A stretch of DNA of 64,000 bases from Eledone cirrhosa (lineage: Eukaryota), in assembly GCA_964016885.1 (NCBI GenBank), contig OZ024743.1, positions 131,998,001 to 132,062,000 of the forward strand, read 5' to 3'. Every line of letters starts with the position of its first letter. Within the stretch, counting starts at the first letter, position 1. Below, one piece after another: positions 11,101 to 23,700 of the stretch. Below the pieces are notes generated by a model. That model was not told the DNA's origin, ran no database searches, and worked only from the letters and a program-made list of their open reading frames with translations. Both the position numbers and the translations under genes were made by a program.

Positions 11101-14100
11101 TGTTTGGAGCTTGGTGCTTGGTGTTTGGTGTTTGGTCCTTGGTGCTTGGTGTTTAGTGCTTGGTGCTTGGTGTTTGTTGTTTGGTGCTTTCTGCTTGCTG
11201 CTTGGCGTTTGGTGCTTGGTGCTCGGTGCTTGGTGTTTGGTGTTTGGTGCTAGGTGCTTGGTGTTTGGTGTTTTGTGTTTGATGCTTGGTGTTTGGTGCT
11301 TGGTGTTTGGTGTTTTGTGCTTGGTGCTTGGGGCTTGGTGTTTAGTGCTTGGTGCTTGGTGCTTGGTGTTTGGTGTTTGTTGTTTGGTGTTTGCTGTTTG
11401 GTGTTTGGTATTTGGTGTTTGCTGTTTGGTGTCTGCTTTTTGGTGTTTGGTGTTTGCTGTATGTTGTTTGCTGTTTGGTGTTTGGTGTTTGGTGTTTGGT
11501 GTTTGGTGCTTGGTGCTTGGTGTTTGGTGCTTGGTGCTTGGTGTTTGGTGCCTGGTGCTTGGTACTTGGTGTTTGGTGTTTGGTGCTTGGTGCTTGGTGC
11601 TTGGAGTTTGGTGTTTGGTGCTTGGTGCTTGGTGTTTTGTGTTTGGTGTTTGGTTTTTGGTGCTTGGTGCTTGGTGCTTGGTACTTAGTCCTTGGTGTTT
11701 GGTGCTTGGTGCTTGGTGTTTGTACTTGGTGCTTGGTGCTTGGTGTTTGGTTCTTGGTTCTTGGTGTTTGGTACTTGGTGCTTGGTGCTTGGTGCTTGGT
11801 GTTTGGTGTTTGGTGCTTGGTGTTTGGTGCTTGGTGCTTGGTGCTTGGTGCTTGGTGTTAGGTGTTTGGTGCTTGGTGCTTGGTGTTTGGTGCTTGGTGT
11901 TTGCTGTCTGGTGTTTGGTGTTTGCTGTTTGGTGTCTGCTTTTTGGTGTTTGGTGTTTGCTGTATGGTGTTTGCTGTTTGGTGTTTGGTGCTTCGTGTTT
12001 GGTGTTTGGTCTTTGGTGATTGGTGTCTGGTGCTTGATGTTTGGTGTTTGGTGTTTGGTGCTTGGTGCTTGGTGTTTGGTGCTTGGTGCTTGGTGTTTGT
12101 ACTTGGTGCTTGGTGCTTGGTGTTTGGTGCTTGGTTCTTGGTGTTTGGTGCTTGGTGTTTGGTGCTTGGTGCTTGGTGTTTGGTGCTTGGTGCTTGGTGT
12201 TTGGTGTTTGGTGCTTGGTGCTTGGTGCTTGGTGTTAGGTGTTTGGTGCTTGGTGCTTGGTGTTTAGTGTTTGGTTCTTGGTGCTTGGTATTTGGTGCTT
12301 GGTGCTTGCTGCTTGGTGTTTGGTGCTTGGTGATTGATGCTTGGTGTTTGGTGCTTGGTGCCCAGTGTTTGGTTTTTGGTGCTAGGTGCTTGGTGCATGG
12401 TGTTTGGTGCTTGGTGTTTGGTGTTTGGTGGTTGGTGCTTGGGGATTGGTGTTTGGTACTTGGTGCTTGGTGCTTGGTGTTTGGTGCTTGGTGCTTGGTG
12501 TTTGGTGTTTGGTGCTTGGTGCTTGGTATTTGGTGCTTGGTGCTTGGTGTTTGGTGTTTGGTGCTTGGTGCTTGGTGTTTGGTGCTTGGTGCTTGGTGCT
12601 TGTTGTTTGGTGATTGGTGCTTGGTGCTTGGTGTTTGGTGTTTGGTGCTTGGGGCTTGGTGTTTGGTGCTGCGTGCTTGGTGCTTGGTGCTTGGTGCTTG
12701 GTGCTTGGTGTTTGATGCTTGGTGTTTGATGCTTTGTGTTTGGTGTTTGGTGTTTGGTGCTTGGTGTTTGGTGTTTGATGCTTGGTGCTTGATGCTTGGT
12801 GCTTGGTGCTTGGTGTTTGGTGCTTGGTGCTTGGTGTTTGGTGTTTGGTGCTTGGTGCTTGGTGTTAGGTGCTTGGTGCTTGGTGCTTGTTGTTTGATGA
12901 TTGGTACTTGGTGCTTGGTGTTTGGTGTTTGGTGCTTGGGGCTTGGTGTTTGGTGCTGCGTGCTTGGTGCTTGGTGCTTGGTGCTTGGTGCTTGGTGTTT
13001 TGTGTTTGGTGTTTGATGCTTGGTGCTTGGTGTTTGGTGTTTGGTGCTTGGTGTTTGGTGTTTGCTGTTTGCTGTTTGCTGTTTCGTGTTTGCTGTTTGG
13101 TGTTTGGTGTTTGGTGTTTGCTGTTTGGTGTTTGCTGTTTGGTGTTTGGTGCTTGCTGTTTGGTGCTTGGTGTTTGGTGCTTGGTGCTTGGTGTTTGGTG
13201 TTTTGTGTTTGGTGCTTGGTGCTTGGGGCTTGATTTGGTGCTTGGTGCTTGGTGCTTGGTGTTTGGTGTTTGGTGCTTGGTGTTTGGTGCTTGGTGCTTG
13301 GTGCTGGGTGTTTGGTGCTTGGTGTTTTGTGCATGGTGCTTGGTGCTTGTTGTTTGTCGCTTGTTGCTTGGTGCTTGGTGTTTGGTGCTTGGTGCTTGGT
13401 GTTTGGTGTTTGGTGCTTGGTGCTTGGTGTTTGGTGTTTGGTGCTTGGTGTTTGGTGTTTGGTGCTTTGTGCTTGGTGTTTGCTGCTTGGTACTTGGTGC
13501 ATGGTGTTTGGTGCTGGGTGCTTGGTGTTTGGTGCTTGGTGTTTGGTGCTTGGTGCTTGGTGTTTGGTGTTTGGTGTTTGATGCTTGGTGTTTTATGCTT
13601 GGTGCTTGGTGTTTGGTGCTTGGTGTTTGTACTTGGTGCTTGGTGCTTGGTGTTTTGTGCTTGGTTCTTGGTGTTTGGTGTTTGGTGCTTGGTACTTGGT
13701 GCTTGGTTTTAGGTGTTTGGTGCTTGGTGCTTGGTGTTTGGTGTTTGGTCCTTGGTGCTTGGTGCTTGGTGTTTAGTGCTTGGTGCTTGGTGTTTGTTGT
13801 TTGGTGCTTTCTGCTTGCTGCTTGGTGTTTGCTGCTTGGTGCTTGGTGCTTGGTGTTTGGTGTTTGGCGCTAGGTGCTTGGTGTTTGGTGTTTGGTGTTT
13901 GATGCTTGGTGTTTGGTGCTTGGTGTTTGGTGCTTGGTGCTTGGGGCTTGGTGTTTGGTGCTTGGTGCTTGGTGCTTGGTGTTTGGTGCTTGGTGTTTGG
14001 TGTTTGGTGTTTGATGCTTGGTGTTTGGTGCTTGGTGTTTGGTGCTTGGTGCTTGGGGCTTGGTGTTTGGTGTTTGGTGCTTGGTGCTTGGTGTTTGGTG

Positions 14101-14797
14101 CTTGGTGCTTGGTGCTGGGTGGTTGGTATTTGGTGCTTGGTGCTTGGTGTTTGGTGCTTGGTGCTTGGTGCTTGGTGTTTGGTGCTTGGTGCTTTGTGTT
14201 TGGTGCTTGGTGATTAGTGTTTGGTGCTTGGTGCTTGGGGTTTGGTGTTTGGTGCTTGGTACTTGGTGTTTGGCGCTTGGTGTTTGGTGTTTGCTGTTTG
14301 GTGTTTGGTGTTTGGTGTTTGCTGTATGGTGTTTGCTGTTTCGTGTTTGGTGTTTGCTGTTTGGTGTTTGGTGTTTGCTGTTTGGTGTTTGGTCTTTGGT
14401 GCTTGGTGTTTGGTGCTTGGTGCTTGGTGTTTGGTGTTTGGTGTTTGGTGCTTGGTGTTTGGTGTTTGGTGTTTGGTGTTTGGTGCTTGTTGCTTGGTAC
14501 TTGGTGCTTGGTGTTTGGTGCTTGGTGCTTGGTGTTTGGTGCTGGGTGCTTGGTGTTTGGTGCTTGGTTCTTGGTGCTTGGTGTTTGGTGTTTGGTGCAT
14601 GGTGCTTGGTGCTTGGTGTTTGGTGTTTGGTGCTTGGTGTTTTATGCTTGGTGTTTGATATTTGGTGCTTGGTGCTTGGTGTTTGGTGCTTGGTGCTTGG
14701 TGTTTGTACTTGGTGCTTGGTGCTTGGTTCTTGGTGTTTGGTGCTTGGTGCTTGGTGCTTGGTGCTTGGTGTTTGGTGCTTGGTGTTTGGTGTTTGG

Positions 14798-17700
14798 TGT
14801 TTGGTGCTTGGTGTTTGGTGCTTGGTACTTGGTGCTTGGTGCTTGGTGTTAGGTATTTGGTGCTTGGTGCTTGGTGTTTGGTTTTTGGTGCTTGGTGCTT
14901 GGTGTTTGGTGTTTGGTGCTTGCTGCTGGCTGCTTGGTGTTTGGTGCTTGGTGATTGGTGCTTGGTGTTTGGTGCTTGGTGTTTGGTGTTTGGTACTAGG
15001 TGCTTGGTGCTTGGTGTTTGGTGCTTGGTGCTTGGTGTTTGGTGTTTGGTGCTTGGTGCTTGGTGTTTGGTGCTTGGTGCTGGGTGCTGGGTGGTTGGTG
15101 TTTGGTGTTTGGTGTTTGGTGCTGGGTGCTTGGTGTTTGGTGCTTGGTGCTTGGTCTTTGGTGTTTGGTGTTTGGTGTTTGGTGCTTGGTGCTTGGTGCT
15201 TGGTGTTTGGTGCTTGGTGCTTGGTGTTTGCTGCTTGGTGCTTAGTGTTTGGTGCTAGGTGCTTGGGGTTTGGTGTTTGGTGCTTGGTGCTTGGTGTTTG
15301 GTGCTTGGTGCTTGGTGTTTGGTGTTTGGTGTTTGCTGTTTGGTGTTTGGTGTTTGGTGTTTGCTGTTTGGTGTCTGCTTTTTGGTGTTTGGTGTTGGCT
15401 GTATGTTATTTGCTGTTTGGTGTTTGGTGTTTGGTGTTTGGTGCTTGGTGCTTGGTGTTTGGTGTTTGGTGCTTGGTGCTTGGAGTTTGGTGTTTGGTGC
15501 TTGGTGCTTGGTGTTTTGTGTTTGGTGTTTGGTTTTTGGTGCTTGGTGCTTGGTGCTTGTTGCTTGGTCCTTGGTGTTTGGTGCTTGGTGCTTGGTGTTT
15601 GTACTTGGTGCTTGGTGCTTGGTGTTTGGTTCTTGTTCTTGGTGTTTGGTACTTGGTGCTTGGTGCTTGGTGCTTGGTGTTTGGTGTTTGGTGCTTGGTG
15701 TTTGGTGCTTGGTGCTTGGTGCTTGGTGTTAGGTGTTTGGTGCTTGGTGCTTGGTGTTTGGTGCTTGGTGTTTGGTGTTTGCTGTTTGGTGTTTGGTGTT
15801 TGGTGTTTGGTGTTTGCTGTTTGGTGTCTGCTTTTTGGTGTTTGGTGTTTGCTGTATGGTGTTTGCTGTTTCGTGTTTGGTGTTTGCTGTTTGGTGTTTG
15901 GTGTTTGCTTTTTGGTGTTTGGTCTTTGGTGCTTGGTGTTTGGTGATTGGTGCTTGGTGTTTGGTGTTTGGTGCTTGGTGCTTGGGGCTTCGTGTTTGGT
16001 GTTTGGTGCTTGGTGTCTGGAGCTTGGTGTTTGGTGTTTGGTGCTTGGTGTTTGGTGTTTGGTGCTTGGTGCTTGGTGTTTGGTGCTTGGTTCTTGGTGT
16101 TTGGTGCTTGGTGTTTGGTGCTTGGTGCTTGGTGTTTGGTGCTTGGTGCTTGGTGTTTGGTGTTTGGTGCTTGGTGCTTGGTGCTTGGTGTTTGATGTTT
16201 GGTGCTTGGTGTTTGGTGTTTGGTTCTTGGTGCTTGGTATTTGGTGCTTGGTGCTTGCTGCTTGGTTTTTGGTGCTTGGTGATTGATGCTTGGTGTTTGA
16301 TGCTTGGTGCTTGGTGTTTGGTTTTTGGTGCTAGGTGCTTGGTGCTTGGTGTTTGGTGCTTGGTGTTTGGTGTTTGCTGCTTGGTGCTTGGGGCTTGGTG
16401 TTTGGTACTTGGTGCTTGGTGCTTGGTGTTTGGTGCTTGGTGCTTGGTGTATGGTGTTTGGTGTTTGGTGCTTGGTGTTTGGTGTTTAGTGCTTAGTGCT
16501 TGGTGTTTGTTGCTTGGTACTTGGTTCATGGTGTTTGGTGCTGGGTGCTTGGTGTTTGGTGCTTGGTGCTTGGTGTTTGGTGTTTGGTGCTTGGTGTTTG
16601 GTGTTTGGTGCTTGGTGCTTGGTGTTTGTTGCTTGGTACTTGGTGCATGGTGTTTGGTGCTGGGTGCTTGGTGTTTGGTGCTTGGTGTTTGGTGCTTGGT
16701 GCTTGGTGTTTGGTGTTTGGTGTTTGATGCTTGGTGTTTGATGCTTGGTGGTTGGTGCTTGGTGTTTGGTGCTTGGTGTTTGTACTTGGTGCTTGGTGTT
16801 TTGTGCTTGGTTCTTTGTGTTTGGTGTTTGGTGCTTGGTGCTTGGTGCTTGGTGTTAGGTGTTTGGAGCTTGGTGCTTGGTGTTTGGTGTTTGGTCCTTG
16901 GTGCTTGGTGTTTAGTGCTTGGTGCTTGGTGTTTGTTGTTTGGTGCTTTCTGCTTGCTGCTTGGCGTTTGGTGCTTGGTGCTCGGTGCTTGGTGTTTGGT
17001 GTTTGGTGCTAGGTGCTTGGTGTTTGGTGTTTGGTGTTTGATGCTTGGTGTTTGGTGCTTGGTGTTTGGTGTTTTGTGCTTGGTGCTTGGTGTTTGGTGT
17101 TTAGTGCTTGGTGCTTGGTGCTTGGTGTTTGGTGGTTGGTGCTTGGTGTTTGGTGTTTGGCGTTTGGTGCTTGGTGCTTGGTGTTTGGTGCTTGGTGCTT
17201 GGTGCTGGGTGGTTGGTATTTGGTGCTTGGTGCTTGGTGTTTGGTGCTTGGTGCTTGGTGCTTGGTGTTTGGTGCTTGGTGCTTGGTGCTTGGTCTTTGG
17301 TGCTTGGTGTTTGGTGCTTGGTGCTTGGTGCTTGGTGTTTGGTGCTTGGTGATTAGTGTTTGGTGCTTGGTGCTTGGGGTTTGGTGTTTGGTGCTTGGTA
17401 CTTGGTGTTTGGTGCTTGGTGTTTGGTGTTTGCTGTTTGGTGTTTGGTGTTTGCTGTTTGCTGTTTGGTGTTTGCTGTTTGGTATTTGGTGCTTGGTGTT
17501 TGGTGCTTGGTGCTTGGTGTTTGGTGTTTGGTGCTTGGTGCTTGGTGTTTGGTGTTTGTTGCTTGGTGCTTGGTACTTGGTGTTTGGTGTTTGGTGTTTG
17601 GTGCTTGGTGTCTGGTGTTTGGTGTTTGGTGTTTGGTGCTTGTTGCTTGGTGCTTCGTGCTTGGGGTTTGGTTCTTGGTTCTTGGTGTTTGGTACTTGGT

Positions 17701-20700
17701 GCTTGGTGTTTGGTGCTGGGTGCTTGGTGTTTGGTGCTTGGTGCTTGGTGCTTGCTGTTTGGTGTTTGGTGCTTGGTGCTTGGTGTTTGGTGTTTGGTGT
17801 TATATGCTTGGTGTTTGATGCTTGGTGCTTGGTGCTTGGTATTTGGTGTTTGGTGCTTGGTGTTTGTACTTGGTGCTTGGTTCTTGGTTCTTGGTGCTTG
17901 GTGCTTGGTGCTTGGTGCTTGGTGCTTGGTGTTTGGTGCTTGGTGTTTGGTACTTGGTGTTTGGTGCTTGGTGCCTGGTGCTTGGTGCTTGGTGCTTGGT
18001 GTTTGGTGCTTGGTGTTTGGTGCTTGGTGTTAGGTGTTTGGTGCTTGGTGCTTGGTGTTTGGTGTTTGGTGCTTGGTGTTTGGTGCTTGGTGCTTGGTGT
18101 TTGGTGTTTGGTGCTTGGTGTTTGGTGCTTGGTACTTGGTACTTGGTGCTTGGTGTTAGGTGTTTGGTGCTTGGTGCTTGGTGTTTGGTTTTTGGTGCTT
18201 GGTGCTTGGTGTTTGGTGTTTGGTGCTTGCTGCTGGCTGCTTGGTGTTTGGTGCTTGGTGATTGGTGCTTGGTGTTTGGTGCTTGGTGTTTGGTGTTTGG
18301 TACTAGGTGCTTGGTGTTTGGTGTTTGGTGTTTGGTGCTTGGTGTTTGGTGTTTGGTGTTTGGTGCTTGGTGCTTGGTGCTTGGTTCTGGGTGGTTGGTG
18401 TTTGGTGCTTGGTGATTAGTGTTTGGTGCTAGGTGCTTGGGGTTTGGTGTTTGGTGCTTGGTGCTTGGTGTTTGGTGCTTGGTGCTTGGTGTTTGGTGCT
18501 TGGTGCTTGGTGTTTACTGTTTGATGTTTGCTGTTTGGTGTTTGTTGTTTGGTGTTTGTTGATTGGTGTTTGCTGTTTGGTGCTTGGTGCTTGGTCTTTG
18601 GTGCTTGGTGTTTGGTGTTTGGTGCTTGGTGCTTTGTGTTTGGTGCTTGGTGATTAGTGTTTGGTGCTTGGTGCTTGGGGTTTGGTGTTTGGTGCTTGGT
18701 ACTTGTTGTTTGGTGCTTGGTGTTTGGTGTTTGCTGTTTGGTGTTTGGTGTTTGGTGTTTGCTGTATGGTGTTTGCTGTTTCGTGTTTGGTGTTTGCTGT
18801 TTGGTGTTTGGTGTTTGCTGTTTGGTGTTTGGTCTTTGGTGCTTGGTGTTTGGTGCTTGGTGCTTGGTGTATGGTGTTTGGTGCTTGGTGTTTGGTGTTT
18901 GGTGCTTGGTGCTTGGTGCTTGGTGTTTGGTGTTTGGTGTTTGGTGCTTGGTGTCTGGTGCTTGGTGTTTGGTGTTTGGTGTTTGGTGCTTGGTGTTTGG
19001 TGTTTGGTGTTTGGTATTTGGTGCTTGTTGCTTGGTACTTGGTGCTTGGTGTTTGGTGCTTGGTGCTTGGTGTTTGGTGCTGGGTGCTTGGTGTTTGGTG
19101 CTTGGTGCTTGGTGCTTGGTGTTTGGTGTTTGGTGCTTGGTGCTTGGTGCTTGGTGTTTGGTGTTTGGTGCTTGGTGTTTTATGCTTGGTGTTTGATATT
19201 TGGTGCTTGGTGCTTGGTGTTTGGTGCTTGGTGCTTGGTGTTTGTACTTGGTGCTTGGTGCTTGGTTCTTGGTGTTTGGTGCTTGGTGCTTGGTGCTTGG
19301 TGCTTGGTGTTTGGTGCTTGGTGTTTGGTGCTTGGTGTTTGGTGCTTGGTGCCTGGTGCTTGGTGCTTGGTGCTTGGTGTTTGGTGCTTGGTGTTTGGTG
19401 CTTGGTATTAGGTGTTTGGTGCTTGGTGCTTGGTGTTTGGTGTTTGGTGCTTGGTGTTTGGTGCTTGGTGCTTGGTGTTTGGTGTTTGGTGCTTGGTGTT
19501 TGGTGCTTGGTACTTGGTGCTTGGTGCTTGGTGTTAGGTGTTTGGTGCTTGGTGCTTGGTGTTTGGTTTTTGGTGCTTGGTGCTTGGTGTTCGGTGTTTG
19601 GTGCTTGCTGCTGGCTGCTTGGTGTTTGGTGCTTGGTGATTGGTGCTTGGTGTTTGGTGCTTGGTGTTTGGTGTTTGGTACTAGGTGCTTGGTGCTTGGT
19701 GTTTGGTGCTTGGTGCTTGGTGTTTGGTGTTTGGTGCTTGGTGCTTGGTGTTTGGTGCTTGGTGCTGGGTGCTGGGTGGTTGGTGTTTGGTGTTTGGTGT
19801 TTGGTGCTGAGTGCTTGGTGTTTGGTGCTTGGTGCTTGGTCTTTGGTGTTTGGTGTTTGGTGTTTGGTGCTTGGTGCTTGGTGCTTGGTGTTTGGTGCTT
19901 GGTGCTTGGTGTTTGGTGCTTGGTGCTTAGTGTTTGGTGCTAGGTGCTTGGGGTTTGGTGTTTGGTGCTTGGTGCTTGGTGTTTGGTGCTTGGTGCTTGG
20001 TGTTTGGTGTTTGGTGCTTGGTGCTTGGTGTTTGGTGTTTGGTGTTTGCTGTTTGGTGTTTGGTGTTTGGTGTTTGCTGTTTGGTGTCTGCTTTTTGGTG
20101 TTTGGTGTTGGCTGTATGTTATTTGCTGTTTGGTGTTTGGTGTTTGGTGTTTGGTGCTTGGTGCTTGGTGTTTGGTGTTTGGTGCTTGGTGCTTGGAGTT
20201 TGGTGTTTGGTGCTTGGTGCTTGGTGTTTTGTGTTTGGTGTTTGGTTTTTGGTGCTTGGTGCTTGGTGCTTGTTGCTTGGTCCTTGGTGTTTGGTGCTTG
20301 GTGCTTGGTGTTTGTACTTGGTGCTTGGTGCTTGGTGTTTGGTTCTTGGTTCTTGGTGTTTGGTACTTGGTGCTTGGTGCTTGGTGCTTGGTGTTTGGTG
20401 TTTGGTGCTTGGTGTTTGGTGCTTGGTGCTTGGTGCTTGGTGTTAGGTGTTTGGTGCTTGGTGCTTGGTGTTTGGTGCTTGGTGTTTGGTGTCTGCTGTT
20501 TGGTGCTTGGTGTTTGGTGCTTGGTACTTGGTGCTTGGTGCTTGGTGTTAGGTATTTGGTGCTTGGTGCTTGGTGTTTGGTTTTTGGTGCTTGGTGCTTG
20601 GTGTTTGGTGTTTGGTGCTTGCTGCTGGCTGCTTGGTGTTTGGTGCTTGGTGATTGGTGCTTGGTGTTTGGTGCTTGGTGTTTGGTGTTTGGTACTAGGT

Positions 20701-23700
20701 GCTTGGTGCTTGGTGTTTGGTGCTTGGTGCTTGGTGTTTGGTGTTTGGTGCTTGGTGCTTGGTGTTTGGTGCTTGGTGCTGGGTGCTGGGTGGTTGGTGT
20801 TTGGTGTTTGGTGTTTGGTGCTGGGTGCTTGGTGTTTGGTGCTTGGTGCTTGGTCTTTGGTGTTTGGTGTTTGGTGTTTGGTGCTTGGTGCTTGGTGCTT
20901 GGTGTTTGGTGCTTGGTGCTTGGTGTTTGCTGCTTGGTGCTTAGTGTTTGGTGCTAGGTGCTTGGGGTTTGGTGTTTGGTGCTTGGTGCTTGGTGTTTGG
21001 TGCTTGGTGCTTGGTGTTTGGTGTTTGGTGTTTGCTGTTTGGTGTTTGGTGTTTGGTGTTTGCTGTTTGGTGTCTGCTTTTTGGTGTTTGGTGTTGGCTG
21101 TATGTTATTTGCTGTTTGGTGTTTGGTGTTTGGTGTTTGGTGCTTGGTGCTTGGTGTTTGGTGTTTGGTGCTTGGTGCTTGGAGTTTGGTGTTTGGTGCT
21201 TGGTGCTTGGTGTTTTGTGTTTGGTGTTTGGTTTTTGGTGCTTGGTGCTTGGTGCTTGTTGCTTGGTCCTTGGTGTTTGGTGCTTGGTGCTTGGTGTTTG
21301 TACTTGGTGCTTGGTGCTTGGTGTTTGGTTCTTGTTCTTGGTGTTTGGTACTTGGTGCTTGGTGCTTGGTGCTTGGTGTTTGGTGTTTGGTGCTTGGTGT
21401 TTGGTGCTTGGTGCTTGGTGCTTGGTGTTAGGTGTTTGGTGCTTGGTGCTTGGTGTTTGGTGCTTGGTGTTTGGTGTTTGCTGTTTGGTGTTTGGTGTTT
21501 GGTGTTTGGTGTTTGCTGTTTGGTGTCTGCTTTTTGGTGTTTGGTGTTTGCTGTATGGTGTTTGCTGTTTCGTGTTTGGTGTTTGCTGTTTGGTGTTTGG
21601 TGTTTGCTGTTTGGTGTTTGGTCTTTGGTGCTTGGTGTTTGGTGATTGGTGCTTGGTGTTTGGTGTTTGGTGCTTGGTGCTTGGGGCTTCGTGTTTGGTG
21701 TTTGGTGCTTGGTGTCTGGAGCTTGGTGTTTGGTGTTTGGTGCTTGGTGTTTGGTGTTTGGTGCTTGGTGCTTGGTGTTTGGTGCTTGGTTCTTGGTGTT
21801 TGGTGCTTGGTGTTTGGTGCTTGGTGCTTGGTGTTTGGTGCTTGGTGCTTGGTGTTTGGTGTTTGGTGCTTGGTGCTTGGTGCTTGGTGTTTGATGTTTG
21901 GTGCTTGGTGTTTGGTGTTTGGTTCTTGGTGCTTGGTATTTGGTGCTTGGTGCTTGCTGCTTGGTTTTTGGTGCTTGGTGATTGATGCTTGGTGTTTGAT
22001 GCTTGGTGCTTGGTGTTTGGTTTTTGGTGCTAGGTGCTTGGTGCTTGGTGTTTGGTGCTTGGTGTTTGGTGTTTGCTGCTTGGTGCTTGGGGCTTGGTGT
22101 TTGGTACTTGGTGCTTGGTGCTTGGTGTTTGGTGCTTGGTGCTTGGTGTATGGTGTTTGGTGTTTGGTGCTTGGTGTTTGGTGTTTAGTGCTTGGTGCTT
22201 GGTGTTTGTTGCTTGGTACTTGGTTCATGGTGTTTGGTGCTGGGTGCTTGGTGTTTGGTGCTTGGTGCTTGGTGTTTGGTGTTTGGTGCTTGGTGTTTGG
22301 TGTTTGGTGCTTGGTGCTTGGTGTTTGTTGCTTGGTACTTGGTGCATGGTGTTTGGTGCTGGGTGCTTGGTGTTTGGTGCTTGGTGTTTGGTGCTTGGTG
22401 CTTGGTGTTTGGTGTTTGGTGTTTGATGCTTGGTGTTTGATGCTTGGTGGTTGGTGCTTGGTGTTTGGTGCTTGGTGTTTGTACTTGGTGCTTGGTGTTT
22501 TGTGCTTGGTTCTTTGTGTTTGGTGTTTGGTGCTTGGTGCTTGGTGCTTGGTGTTAGGTGTTTGGAGCTTGGTGCTTGGTGTTTGGTGTTTGGTCCTTGG
22601 TGCTTGGTGTTTAGTGCTTGGTGCTTGGTGTTTGTTGTTTGGTGCTTTCTGCTTGCTGCTTGGCGTTTGGTGCTTGGTGCTCGGTGCTTGGTGTTTGGTG
22701 TTTGGTGCTAGGTGCTTGGTGTTTGGTGTTTGGTGTTTGATGCTTGGTGTTTGGTGCTTGGTGTTTGGTGTTTTGTGCTTGGTGCTTGGGGCTTGGTGTT
22801 TAGTGCTTGGTGCTTGGTGCTTGGTGTTTGGTGGTTGGTGCTTGGTGTTTGGTGTTTGGCGTTTGGTGCTTGGTGCTTGGTGTTTGGTGCTTGGTGCTTG
22901 GTGCTGGGTGGTTGGTATTTGGTGCTTGGTGCTTGGTGTTTGGTGCTTGGTGCTTGGTGCTTGGTGTTTGGTGCTTGGTGCTTGGTGCTTGGTCTTTGGT
23001 GCTTGGTGTTTGGTGCTTGGTGCTTGGTGCTTGGTGTTTGGTGCTTGGTGATTAGTGTTTGGTGCTTGGTGCTTGGGGTTTGGTGTTTGGTGCTTGGTAC
23101 TTGGTGTTTGGTGCTTGGTGTTTGGTGTTTGCTGTTTGGTGTTTGGTGTTTGCTGTTTGCTGTTTGGTGTTTGCTGTTTGGTATTTGGTGCTTGGTGTTT
23201 GGTGCTTGGTGCTTGGTGTTTGGTGTTTGGTGCTTGGTGCTTGGTGTTTGGTGTTTGTTGCTTGGTGCTTGGTACTTGGTGTTTGGTGTTTGGTGTTTGG
23301 TGCTTGGTGTCTGGTGTTTGGTGTTTGGTGTTTGGTGCTTGTTGCTTGGTGCTTCGTGCTTGGGGTTTGGTTCTTGGTTCTTGGTGTTTGGTACTTGGTG
23401 CTTGGTGTTTGGTGCTGGGTGCTTGGTGTTTGGTGCTTGGTGCTTGGTGCTTGCTGTTTGGTGTTTGGTGCTTGGTGCTTGGTGTTTGGTGTTTGGTGTT
23501 ATATGCTTGGTGTTTGATGCTTGGTGCTTGGTGCTTGGTATTTGGTGTTTGGTGCTTGGTGTTTGTACTTGGTGCTTGGTTCTTGGTTCTTGGTGCTTGG
23601 TGCTTGGTGCTTGGTGCTTGGTGCTTGGTGTTTGGTGCTTGGTGTTTGGTACTTGGTGTTTGGTGCTTGGTGCCTGGTGCTTGGTGCTTGGTGCTTGGTG

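Larger units (their letters stand above)
1..14800. repeat. Left HOR block, about 2.2 copies of a roughly 5.8-6 kb unit (offsets 7654 bp, then 5822 bp)
   Basis: Near-identical ORF translations recur at 109/7763/13585, 237/7891/13713 and 741/8395/14217. Private markers: CCCAG at 6546/12361, TTGTCGC at about 7532/13354, and the 5-bp unit TTGAT at about 7408/13230. The first period is longer because it contains the 1650-bp duplication. Confidence 0.9.

Noticed and set aside
17799-17808. TATA-like element (GTTATATGC) and recurring GTAC/CTAG/CATG palindromes as regulatory sites
   Set aside because: They are explained as point variants of the heptamer multiplied by duplication. There is no adjacent gene and no longer inverted repeat or hairpin.
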